A stretch of DNA of 64,000 bases, taken from the NCBI GenBank assembly GCA_944390895.1, contig CALXRQ010000005.1:983-64982 (forward strand), in the 5' to 3' direction. Made by a program: the position numbers and the translations under genes. Below the pieces are notes generated by a model, which saw only the letters and a list, made by a program, of their open reading frames with translations, ran no database searches and was not told where the DNA came from. Of this stretch, positions 37,647 through 45,676 are shown piece by piece; position 1 is the first letter of the stretch; every line of letters begins with the position of its first letter. Origin of the DNA: an uncultured Alphaproteobacteria bacterium (GTDB taxonomy: Bacteria > Pseudomonadota > Alphaproteobacteria > RF32 > CAG-239).

Positions 37647-38597
37647 ATGAAAACACCGGGCTTTTGGCAGGATAAAAATCTGGTTTCCGATCTTTTGCTG
37701 CCTTTTGGCATAATCTACAATCTGGTCACCAGACTTAATATTCTGTTTTCCAAACCTCGCAAGACAGACCGCCCGGTCATCTGCATCGGCAATCTGACGG
37801 CCGGCGGCACCGGCAAAACTCCGGTTGCGGTTTCCCTTGCCGCCATACTGCAAAAACTCGGCCGCAAACCGTTTTTTGTCTCCCGCGGATACGGCGGAAC
37901 ACTGAAGAACGTCATCGTCGACCCTCAAAAACATTCGGCCGCGGAAGTCGGAGACGAACCTCTGCTTCTTTCAAGGCAGGCGCCGGTTGTCGTCAATCCC
38001 GACCGTTATGCCGCCGCCCAAAAAGCCGTTACCGCCGGAGCTGATATTATCCTGATGGACGACGGCTTCCAAAATCCCGGTTTGCACAAAGATTTGTCTT
38101 TTCTGGTTTTTGACGGTGGTTTCGGATACGGCAACGGCCGCGGCATTCCCGCCGGTCCCCTGCGCGAAAGCCTGCATGACGGACTGAAACGCGCACAGGC
38201 CGTCATCATCATCGGCAAAGACAGACATAATCTGGCACAAAAATTTTCCTTTCTGCCGATATTCAAAGGCACCGTCACAGCGCAAAAACCATCCTCCGCC
38301 AACCGCAGGGCCATTGCCTTTGCCGGCATCGGCCGCCCGCAAAAATTTTACGATTCAATGAAAGAACAAGGTTTTGAATTGCTCAAAACCGTTGATTTCC
38401 CCGATCATCACCAATATTCCGCAGAGGAACTGAACCTTCTCATCAAAGAGGCCGACCAACATCAGGCAGCTCTTTACACCACAGCCAAAGACTTTGTCAA
38501 AATTCCGGCGGAACTGCAAAAACACTTTCAGGTTCTGGAAATTGAAATCCGCTGGGAGAAGCAAGACGAATTGGAAAAGTTTCTGAAAAGAATATAA
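37647..38597 (+). CDS. lpxK: tetraacyldisaccharide 4'-kinase
   Basis: GNLTAGGTGKTP P-loop and SRGYGG motifs. Directly follows waaA. Confidence 0.9.
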   Translation: MKTPGFWQDKNLVSDLLLPFGIIYNLVTRLNILFSKPRKTDRPVICIGNLTAGGTGKTPVAVSLAAILQKLGRKPFFVSRGYGGTLKNVIVDPQKHSAAEVGDEPLLLSRQAPVVVNPDRYAAAQKAVTAGADIILMDDGFQNPGLHKDLSFLVFDGGFGYGNGRGIPAGPLRESLHDGLKRAQAVIIIGKDRHNLAQKFSFLPIFKGTVTAQKPSSANRRAIAFAGIGRPQKFYDSMKEQGFELLKTVDFPDHHQYSAEELNLLIKEADQHQAALYTTAKDFVKIPAELQKHFQVLEIEIRWEKQDELEKFLKRI

Positions 38598-38631
38598 AAA
38601 AAAGAGTTAACATCAACGGTTAGCTCTTTTT
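38598..38631. terminator. bidirectional rho-independent terminator
   Basis: aagagttaac / ggttagctctt stem between an A-run and a T-run, shared by convergent lpxK and the 464-aa gene. Confidence 0.7.
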
Positions 38632-38654
38632 CCGATTTTCAAAGTTTATTTTGC

Positions 38655-40049
38655 TCAGGCCACATTCTGGCTGCGCCCCAAAATCAATGACATGACGTTA
38701 ATTTCCTTTTTGCCGCCGACGTTGGGATTCCGCTTTTGCGCAATTGATTCCGGCTCCTTAATGGACATAGCCACATTGAGTTCTCTGCTCATATCTTCAT
38801 TCGGCGCCGCAAAAATCGAGTTATCATGGTTGGCACCCAGCAGAATTTTATTTTTCAGGTCTTTTTTGTGCCGCTGGTTATGAAGATTACCGTCAATTAT
38901 CATCATAAAGTTACTGATATGGTTAAAGTCAAACTCGTTTCCAGGCACTAAATTATGATATTTTTTCGGAAGTTTGTGATGTATGCTGATATGTTTTTTA
39001 GCAATTTCTTCTTTGCGAAGCTCGCTGGCGTTCTGATACTCCCGTTCTTCGCTCGGAGAAAGGAGCGCCAGTCTGCCGATATTGTTCTTTCCCAGCTTCA
39101 AATCCTTAATCCATAAAGACACGTTGGTTTTCATATAATCGCTTTTCTTGGTGAATCTGTCATAATTCACCTTATTTTTATAGGCCCATAACCCCGTTTC
39201 AAGCGAACTATAGCATTTTTCGGCAATCTTATTGATCGTATCCGCCGAAAAATCATGATTCCCCGAAAATTCTTTAATCATATTATAATGAGAACTGTTG
39301 ACCGCCGACGGATTATTTTTTAACTTTTCTCCCAAATCAAACAAATACCCCATAAGCTTTAAAAACTTCTGCTTACTTTCCGGATTACTGTTAAAATCCT
39401 TTCCCAATTCATCATTTTTAACCGGATCTTCCTGAACGTAATAAACCGAATATCCCAACCCGGAAGTCTGTTTTTTTACGTCATCACTGAGAATTTTGTT
39501 AAAAAGATGATCCGGCTGAACCTTTTGCAACAGAGCAAAATCATCGGCCAGATTCTCTCTTATTTTCTTGATCTTTCCTTTGTCAGAGCTGTTAAGAGAA
39601 CCGCTTTCAATGTTTTTAATCTGATTCTTTTTCAAAAACTCTTCAAAATCTTTTCTCAATTTCTCGCCTTCCTTCGAATCATTTTGGCGATAAAAAGCCA
39701 GACACTCGGCAAGTTTTTCGTTTTTCTGCCGCTCCAAACGCAGCCTGAAGCTTTCGAACAATTCTTCCTGAGGTTTTAACCTGCCGTTATCATCAAGTGC
39801 ATTTAAGCCGTTCAAAATTCCTTCGGCTTTTATACCGGCTTCCAAAGCTTCATCACTTTCATCAACCTTTTTCATGTCGGAAACCAGTTTATCAAGATTT
39901 GCAAGATATGATTTAAACTCCGCGGACTGCGGCTGTCCTGCAGCGTCAAAATCGTTGCAAACGTCGCATGCGGCAATAAGCTTGGTTGCAAAATACACTC
40001 TGTTCGCAAGTAAACTGATATTGGCGGCTTTAGATGTTTTTTTGTCCAT
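38655..40049 (-). CDS. orphan 464-aa protein with C-terminal AHH-like HNH/EndoVII nuclease motif (tentative)
   Basis: AT-rich ORF. C-terminal ...SIHHKLPKKY-N10-FDFNHISNFMMIIDGNLHNQRHKK fits the [AS]HH..P / N / H..H pattern of AHH-type toxin nucleases. No signal peptide. Confidence 0.6.
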   Translation of the reverse strand: MDKKTSKAANISLLANRVYFATKLIAACDVCNDFDAAGQPQSAEFKSYLANLDKLVSDMKKVDESDEALEAGIKAEGILNGLNALDDNGRLKPQEELFESFRLRLERQKNEKLAECLAFYRQNDSKEGEKLRKDFEEFLKKNQIKNIESGSLNSSDKGKIKKIRENLADDFALLQKVQPDHLFNKILSDDVKKQTSGLGYSVYYVQEDPVKNDELGKDFNSNPESKQKFLKLMGYLFDLGEKLKNNPSAVNSSHYNMIKEFSGNHDFSADTINKIAEKCYSSLETGLWAYKNKVNYDRFTKKSDYMKTNVSLWIKDLKLGKNNIGRLALLSPSEEREYQNASELRKEEIAKKHISIHHKLPKKYHNLVPGNEFDFNHISNFMMIIDGNLHNQRHKKDLKNKILLGANHDNSIFAAPNEDMSRELNVAMSIKEPESIAQKRNPNVGGKKEINVMSLILGRSQNVA

Positions 40050-40082
40050 ATCATTATCCTAATCTGACATTTATATGCTTAA

Positions 40083-40111
40083 ATTATGCATCTCTTATGC
40101 CTTTTTGTCAA
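40083..40111 (-). promoter_or_regulatory. candidate sigma70 promoter (TTGACA-17-CATAAT) for the 464-aa gene
   Basis: Read on the minus strand. The -10 ends about 33 nt before the ATG, and an AGGA RBS follows. Confidence 0.5.
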
Positions 40112-40138
40112 TTAACAAAAATATAAAGTAAAAAAATA

Positions 40139-40167
40139 TTGACAAAATAACCAAAATATCATATATA
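40139..40167 (+). promoter_or_regulatory. candidate sigma70 promoter (TTGACA-17-TATATA) for the 116-aa gene
   Basis: Consensus -35 with a 17-nt spacer. The -10 ends about 32 nt before the ATG at 40200. Confidence 0.5.
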
Positions 40168-40199
40168 TTTCCTGCTTACATGAATTAATAAATTATTCT

Positions 40200-40550
40200 A
40201 TGAAAACATTTGACATGTTGAAACAAAGTTTCAATATTGAAAAAAAATCTTTGAAATGGGCAGTTATTGAAGAAACGGTAAACGGCGTTACGGCATATAA
40301 AGCCGGTATAATGCTGAGCAAATCAAAACTGTTCATTGATATCTGTCAGCGGCGGTTCTATACCGAGGTTCATTTGCCCGAACTGTCGCGCAGAGTTTTT
40401 CCGGCAAAACGCATACTAAAATCAGAAAAAATTGTTTTTCAGGCTTTGGAAGATTCTTCCAAAAGCGTAAGTATGCCGAAAAACTTCATACAAGACATAT
40501 ATTCCGTCTGCTGGTATGACAAACAACTGGAAAAACAAATACTGTTATAA
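40200..40550 (+). CDS. orphan 116-aa protein, divergent from the AHH-like gene
   Basis: Uninterrupted ORF in roughly 30-35% GC DNA, where stops should be frequent. Own promoter and terminator. No obvious SD and no family recognised. Confidence 0.5.
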   Translation: MKTFDMLKQSFNIEKKSLKWAVIEETVNGVTAYKAGIMLSKSKLFIDICQRRFYTEVHLPELSRRVFPAKRILKSEKIVFQALEDSSKSVSMPKNFIQDIYSVCWYDKQLEKQILL

Positions 40551-40592
40551 AAAAAAGAGATAAATTTCTTTATGAAATTTATCTCTTTTTTT
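40549..40592. terminator. bidirectional rho-independent terminator
   Basis: A6 - agagataaatttc / gaaatttatctct perfect 13-bp stem - T7. Confidence 0.85.
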
Positions 40593-40603
40593 TACATAAA
40601 CCG

Positions 40604-41524
40604 CTATTCGAAAATATTGACGTAATCGCCTTTTTCAAAAACGGAGCCGTCAACAAAACGGTGCCCCTCGTCCAAAACCGCAATTTTTTCCATATCCGCT
40701 TCGTCAAGTTCCACCGCCAGAGAAGCAAAATTTTCCCTGATGCGCTCCTGATGAACCGACTTTGGAATAACAATCACGCCGCGTTGCATCATCCAGGCCA
40801 AAACCAGCTGTGCCGCCGTAACTTTCAAACGTTTGGCCATCTCCTGAACCACGGCATTGTCCAAAACTCCATGTCCTCCGGCATTATGTTGAGAACCGAG
40901 CGGAGAGTAAGCCGTAACGGCAATATTATTCTTTTGGCAGAAATCAATCAGTTCCTTTTGCTGCAGCAGCGGATGACACTCGACCTGATTAACCGCCGGC
41001 AAAACGGAAGCCTGTTCCAAAAGTTCTGCCAGACGTTTCGGTCCGAAATTGGATACGCCGATTGCCTTAACCAAACCGTCATTATAGGCTTTTTCCATTT
41101 CCGCCCAAGTCAAATCAATCGGTATGTCTTTCAAGGAAACCATATCATCGTCGCTTTCCGGAACCCCCGTACCTTTTTTCTGAGCCACCGGCCAATGCAT
41201 CAGATACAGGTCCAGATAATCCAACTGCAAATCTTTCAATGTCCGCTCCAAAGCCGGACGCACGTCTTCGGGCGCATGCGAGTCATTCCAAAGTTTAGAC
41301 GTAATGAACAGCTCTTCCCGCTTAATGTCTCCTTCACTGACCGCATCTTTAAGCGCCTGCCCTATTTCGCTCTCATTGCCGTAAATGCTGGCACAGTCAA
41401 TATGCCGGTAACCGAGCTTGATTGCCCAGCGAACCGCCTGATAAACCTCTCCGGGAGCAGCCCGCCAGGTTCCCAAACCGATAATCGGCATTTCCCGTTC
41501 AGTATTCAATTTCACGCTTTTCAT
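40604..41524 (-). CDS. aldo/keto reductase
   Basis: MPIIGLGTW, HIDCA..YGNE, LW....H and VSNF motifs of AKR (2,5-diketo-D-gluconate reductase-like). Confidence 0.85.
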   Translation of the reverse strand: MKSVKLNTEREMPIIGLGTWRAAPGEVYQAVRWAIKLGYRHIDCASIYGNESEIGQALKDAVSEGDIKREELFITSKLWNDSHAPEDVRPALERTLKDLQLDYLDLYLMHWPVAQKKGTGVPESDDDMVSLKDIPIDLTWAEMEKAYNDGLVKAIGVSNFGPKRLAELLEQASVLPAVNQVECHPLLQQKELIDFCQKNNIAVTAYSPLGSQHNAGGHGVLDNAVVQEMAKRLKVTAAQLVLAWMMQRGVIVIPKSVHQERIRENFASLAVELDEADMEKIAVLDEGHRFVDGSVFEKGDYVNIFE

Positions 41525-41643
41525 TAACTTCTCCTTGTTAGAAATACATCGTCAGCACCAGATATAATCGCGAAATATCCGGCTTAAAGAGAAACAGAAT
41601 AAATAAAGTTTTAACCATAAAAACTTTTTGTCCATTTTCACAA

Positions 41644-41672
41644 TTGACACCCCTGGAATATTGTGATATATA
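41644..41672 (+). promoter_or_regulatory. candidate sigma70 promoter (TTGACA-17-TATATA with TGn extended -10)
   Basis: Read directly, about 95 nt upstream of the 41766 ATG. Confidence 0.5.
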
Positions 41673-41765
41673 TTTCAGCAATCAACTACATTTATGCTTA
41701 TTACTATGAACCGTGATGTTATTCGCAAGCCATACTGATAAGCTTCACTTAAAAAAATTTACAAA

Positions 41766-42200
41766 ATGAAAAAATTAGTAAAAAAATTCATGAGTATGCC
41801 TAACGAAGCTAAAGCAAACCTCTTGGACGGTACCGGTCTGCTGGGAATAATAGCCGTCTTGGCATTCGTTGTTTTCGCCGAAGAAAGCGTTGTCGCCAAC
41901 TACATGCTCGGTTTCTTTGGTTTTCTTTTGAGTTGCGGTTCCGTAATTATGGTCCGCGAAGCCAAAAACTGCAAAGAAGGCACCGTTCCGCGAATGATGA
42001 TTCGTTCCGCTTTCAGCATTACGGCTTATGCTCCGCTTATGTGTATCCTTGAAAACTGGCTGGAAAAATTCGATCTGACAGTTATGCCTTTTGCCGGCTG
42101 GATACTGGGAAGCCTGATGATTTGGTTTATTTTTTCTCTGGCGGCTTTTATATTTATAACCGCTGCAGAAGCATTTGCCAAACGAAGAACCCGCTGCTGA
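41766..42200 (+). CDS. hypothetical polytopic membrane protein
   Basis: 144 aa with 4 hydrophobic helices. No SD seen and no family recognised. Confidence 0.5.
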   Translation: MKKLVKKFMSMPNEAKANLLDGTGLLGIIAVLAFVVFAEESVVANYMLGFFGFLLSCGSVIMVREAKNCKEGTVPRMMIRSAFSITAYAPLMCILENWLEKFDLTVMPFAGWILGSLMIWFIFSLAAFIFITAAEAFAKRRTRC

Positions 42201-42271
42201 TAACAACACATTTATTTTCCGATACCTTGGCGCTAAACAACGCCAAGGTATTTTCCTAAACAAAACTCATT

Positions 42272-42475
42272 ATGCTGTTTATTGAAAGTAAATTGATTAT
42301 TTTCGCAATCGGTTTCATTACGGTCGGCATCATCGGCCTGATTATGGACCACAATTGGGACAAACGCCACGGCACGCGTTATGACCGCTATGGCAATGAA
42401 ATATCCGGCAATACAACTGGCGGACTTATATTCCTATGGTGTTGTTTCGGAGGAATCCTGCTTTTTCTCTTATAA
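42272..42475 (+). CDS. hypothetical small membrane protein
   Basis: 67 aa with two hydrophobic helices. A terminator follows. Confidence 0.4.
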   Translation: MLFIESKLIIFAIGFITVGIIGLIMDHNWDKRHGTRYDRYGNEISGNTTGGLIFLWCCFGGILLFLL

Positions 42476-42482
42476 ACACTCG

Positions 42483-42517
42483 AAAAAAACGGCATCCTTC
42501 AAGGACGCCGCTTTTTT
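42483..42517 (+). terminator. rho-independent terminator
   Basis: cggcatcc / ggacgccg stem followed by T6. Confidence 0.7.
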
Positions 42518-42624
42518 AATTACACAATTTGCACAAAACAAAATAAATACCTAAAGTTTTCATTTGACACTTAACCTTTTATAAAATAACCTGATTATGC
42601 AATGGTTGATTACCGTTGTGAGGT

Positions 42625-42758
42625 TTAGAACCCTCTGTTGATAGTTGTCTGCTTAGCAGACGTAAAAAGCTACCTTTTGGTCTTTATGACTGGAAGGTAG
42701 TTAATAAGGTATATGCATATACCAAATACACTACACTATTCTATCAAATAGGTTCTAA
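42625..42758 (+). other. multi-hairpin structured element in the leader of the OMP gene (cis-regulatory RNA or MITE-like insert)
   Basis: Outer helix 42625..42644 / 42741..42758 encloses three hairpins, including a perfect 16-nt palindrome ggtatatgcatatacc. Confidence 0.5.
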
Positions 42759-42820
42759 CTTCCAGTCGCCTCTCATCAAGGCGATTTAGTTTTATATATA
42801 AAATGAAAGGAAGTTATTAA

Positions 42821-43537
42821 ATGAACAAAACTTTACTCTTGGCGGGCGTCGCTTCCGCTTTATTTGCTTTCAATGCAAATGCTATGGATTTTAATCAATA
42901 TGTTTCTGCAAAAGGTGCTTTTGTAAAAATGGAAAATGATGCTGGTGTAAATTCTCATTATTCTTTCAGCGGAACAAATCACCATTATAATAAAATTTTG
43001 GATAACAACCACAAAGATGATGTCTGGGGAATTAGATTGGCTTATGGTGCTGCGACTCCCGTAAAATACGGTAAATTAAGAGGTGAATTGGAATTTGGCT
43101 GGAATGAAGACGCAAAAGATTCTTCCACAAATGCTTTTAAGGTTATTACTCCAGCAACGGTAAATGCAACAACGGAAACATCTGTTTATTCAGCAATGTT
43201 GAATGTTTATTACGATATTGAAACAGGAACCAAATTTACACCTTATGTTGGAGCGGGTTTAGGTTATGCGAGAGTCGAAAGCAAAGCATCATTGCCTGAT
43301 AATGGTGTAAGCCAAAAGTCAAGTGATAACAATTTGGCTTGGCAAATTGGTGCCGGTGTATCTTATGCTATGACGGACAATATTTCATTTGATGCAGGTT
43401 ATAGATATACTGATTATGGAAATGTTAAAGATTCAGGACAAATGAATGTTGCTCCATTCAAAAAGCCGTTTGATGTATCATCAAAATATGATGTCACATC
43501 TCATGAATTCTTACTCGGTGCCAGATACTCTTTCTAA
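42821..43537 (+). CDS. outer-membrane beta-barrel protein (OMP_b-brl/opacity-porin family), low-GC
   Basis: AAAGGAAG RBS, signal peptide ...FNANA, beta-strand pattern, C-terminal GARYSF. Roughly 32-35% GC versus roughly 50% nearby. Confidence 0.8.
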   Translation: MNKTLLLAGVASALFAFNANAMDFNQYVSAKGAFVKMENDAGVNSHYSFSGTNHHYNKILDNNHKDDVWGIRLAYGAATPVKYGKLRGELEFGWNEDAKDSSTNAFKVITPATVNATTETSVYSAMLNVYYDIETGTKFTPYVGAGLGYARVESKASLPDNGVSQKSSDNNLAWQIGAGVSYAMTDNISFDAGYRYTDYGNVKDSGQMNVAPFKKPFDVSSKYDVTSHEFLLGARYSF

Positions 43538-43567
43538 TCACCGACCAACAAAATAGTTTTTTTTCAC

Positions 43568-43598
43568 AAAAAGGGCTGTGTAAATCACAGCCCTTTTC
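43568..43598 (+). terminator. rho-independent terminator
   Basis: gggctgtg / cacagccc stem followed by T4. Confidence 0.7.
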
Positions 43599-43641
43599 AC
43601 AAAAATAAGTAATTTTAGTTTAAAATCTCTTTTCATCACAA

Positions 43642-44030
43642 AAAAGCCGCCATCAAAGGCGGCTTGCAGTGGCGGAGAGTACAGAATGGCTAAGTAAAAA
43701 ACTGACCAATGTCAGTTTTTTGTCTGCAACATCTCAGAAATGCCGGTAAGCAAGGAAAGCGACAGCAACCGCAGCGAGCCATGAATTTCTGAGGCGTAGT
43801 CCTGTCTCCAATACAAAAGCCGCCATCAAAGGCGGCTTGCAGTGGCGGAGAGTACAGAATGGCTAAGTAAAAAACTGACCAATGTCAGTTTTTTGTCTGC
43901 AACATCTCAGAAATGCCGGTAAGCAAGGAAAGCGACAGCAACCGCAGCGAGCCATGAATTTCTGAGGCATAGTCCTGTCTCCAATACAAAAGCCGCCATC
44001 AAAGGCGGCTTGCAGTGGCGGAGAGTACAG
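43642..44030 (-). repeat. 173-bp tandem repeat (2 full units + 43-nt partial unit merging into tRNA-Ser 3' end)
   Basis: Units 43642..43814 and 43815..43987 differ at one base (43796 G / 43969 A). Each starts with the tRNA terminator hairpin plus the antisense of the last 15 nt of tRNA-Ser. Confidence 0.9.
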
Positions 44031-44103
44031 GACTCGAACCTGTGCATCGGTATTCCCGATGACGGATTAGCAATCCGCTGCATTACCACTCTGCCAACTC
44101 TCC
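44016..44103 (-). tRNA. tRNA-Ser (anticodon GCU), class II with long variable arm
   Basis: Hand-folded: acceptor GGAGAGT/ACTCTCC, anticodon loop TTGCTAA, variable arm CATCGGGAATACCGATGC, T-arm ACAGG-TTCGAGT-CCTGT, encoded CCA. 88 nt. Confidence 0.9.
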
Positions 44104-44184
44104 ATTTGTGGTACGGAGTTATATTTATATGATGTTTCAAACAACGTCAATAGCTTTTTTCAGCTTTTGAGCAAATAAATATCC

Positions 44185-44964
44185 CTACTCCATAACCATG
44201 GTCAGATATGTCATAAAAATAAACCCTAAAAAGACGGCAAACGCCGATTTCTCGGTTTGTTTGGTCCCGTAAGTTTCCGGCAATATTTCATTAATGACCA
44301 CAAACAACAGCGTACCGCCCGCCATAGCCATTCCCAACGGCACAATCTTGTCGCTGTAATCCATGGTCAACAACCCGATAACCGCGCCCAGCGGCTGCAC
44401 CATACCGATCAGCAGCGCCGTCAGCGCCGCTTTCAGCTTGCTGCTGTGCGCCGCAACCAATGATATGGCTATTGTCAGCCCTTCCGGAATATTGTGCAGT
44501 GCAATGCCTATTACCAAACTGTCCGGATTCATAAAGTCTTCCGCGCTGTATGCCACACCGACGGCCAAACCTTCGGGCAGTTTGTGCAGCGTAATGGCTA
44601 TAATGAACAACCAGGCCTTTTGCAGACTGAAATGCAGCCCGTGCTGTCCCATGTTATTATGCTCATGCGGCAGCAGTTCATTCAAAATCCACACCAGCGC
44701 CACGCCGGCAAAAACCGCGCCGGCATACCAAAACCCTGCCACATGGATATCCGGATCAAACTCAGAAATCCGCTGCATCGCCGGCACCAGCAAAGCAAAG
44801 AACGAAGCCGCAAGCATAATGCCGGCCGCCAGATTCAGCATAAAATTAATGTCATCCTGCGAATATTTCTTTTTCAGAAAAATCATAAAACCGCCGACAC
44901 CGGTAACCAGTCCCGCCACCATCGAGGCCAGCAGCCCCTGCATAAAAACACCGTCAAACATCAA
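44185..44964 (-). CDS. zupT: ZIP-family zinc transporter
   Basis: Two HN(I/L)PEGL motifs, 8 TM helices, roughly 259 aa like ZupT. Confidence 0.85.
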   Translation of the reverse strand: MMFDGVFMQGLLASMVAGLVTGVGGFMIFLKKKYSQDDINFMLNLAAGIMLAASFFALLVPAMQRISEFDPDIHVAGFWYAGAVFAGVALVWILNELLPHEHNNMGQHGLHFSLQKAWLFIIAITLHKLPEGLAVGVAYSAEDFMNPDSLVIGIALHNIPEGLTIAISLVAAHSSKLKAALTALLIGMVQPLGAVIGLLTMDYSDKIVPLGMAMAGGTLLFVVINEILPETYGTKQTEKSAFAVFLGFIFMTYLTMVME

Positions 44965-44973
44965 CCTGTCCCC

Positions 44974-45540
44974 TTACCAGCCGTATTTTTTGATTTTTTC
45001 CATAATACGCTTGTAATAAACAATCGTATATTCATTGGAAACATAGTCCCCCATCTTTCCCGTCGGCACCCAGGCCACGCCGGAATTTTCGTCTTCCTTA
45101 ACGCGTATCGGCTCGTTTTCATCGGCTTCCAGCAGATAAACCACATTCGGATGCAAATGTCTCGGCACAAATTTTCCGCGCTTATAATGATTATGCACCA
45201 CCATCATATTCAAATCTATCGGACACTCAAAAACCGGTCGCACCTTTTCCAAACCGGTTTCCTCTCCGGTTTCTTTCAACGCCACGGCCAAAAGGTCCTT
45301 TTCTCCGTCCGCATGTCCGCCGACCCAGGCCCAGGTTTTGTACATATTGTGAAAAATCATCAAAACCTTGCTGCGGTCCTTATTGACAATCCACGCCGAA
45401 GACGAAAAATGCCCGACCAGATTGTCCCGCTCATAGGCCTCATCGCCGAAAGCCTCCAAGAACTGAACAAAAGCAAGGCGTTCGGCCTCCTCTTCTTCAT
45501 TATAGGCCTTGTAATTTTTTAAAAAGCTCAAAAAATCCAT
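44974..45540 (-). CDS. NUDIX hydrolase
   Basis: AGGAA RBS before MDFLSF. Nudix box GGHADGEKDLLAVALKETGEETG. Confidence 0.8.
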   Translation of the reverse strand: MDFLSFLKNYKAYNEEEEAERLAFVQFLEAFGDEAYERDNLVGHFSSSAWIVNKDRSKVLMIFHNMYKTWAWVGGHADGEKDLLAVALKETGEETGLEKVRPVFECPIDLNMMVVHNHYKRGKFVPRHLHPNVVYLLEADENEPIRVKEDENSGVAWVPTGKMGDYVSNEYTIVYYKRIMEKIKKYGW

Positions 45541-45676
45541 GCTTTTTCCTTTTATCAATATTCAAAGCTTTCAGAATGATTGAAGCAAAACAATTTCCGG
45601 CGGCTTGAAAAATTCCGGCGCCCGAAAAAAACGTACGAATTTTTCAAGACCGCACAGATTTGCCTCTGATAAACCT

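Noticed and set aside
43642-44030. Tandem repeats considered as a CRISPR array
   Set aside because: The period is 173 bp, entire units are identical (no repeat/spacer alternation), and there are no cas genes.
43907-44140. 77-aa minus-strand ORF
   Set aside because: It runs through tRNA-Ser and the repeat unit. There is no RBS, so it is explained by the RNA and repeat features.
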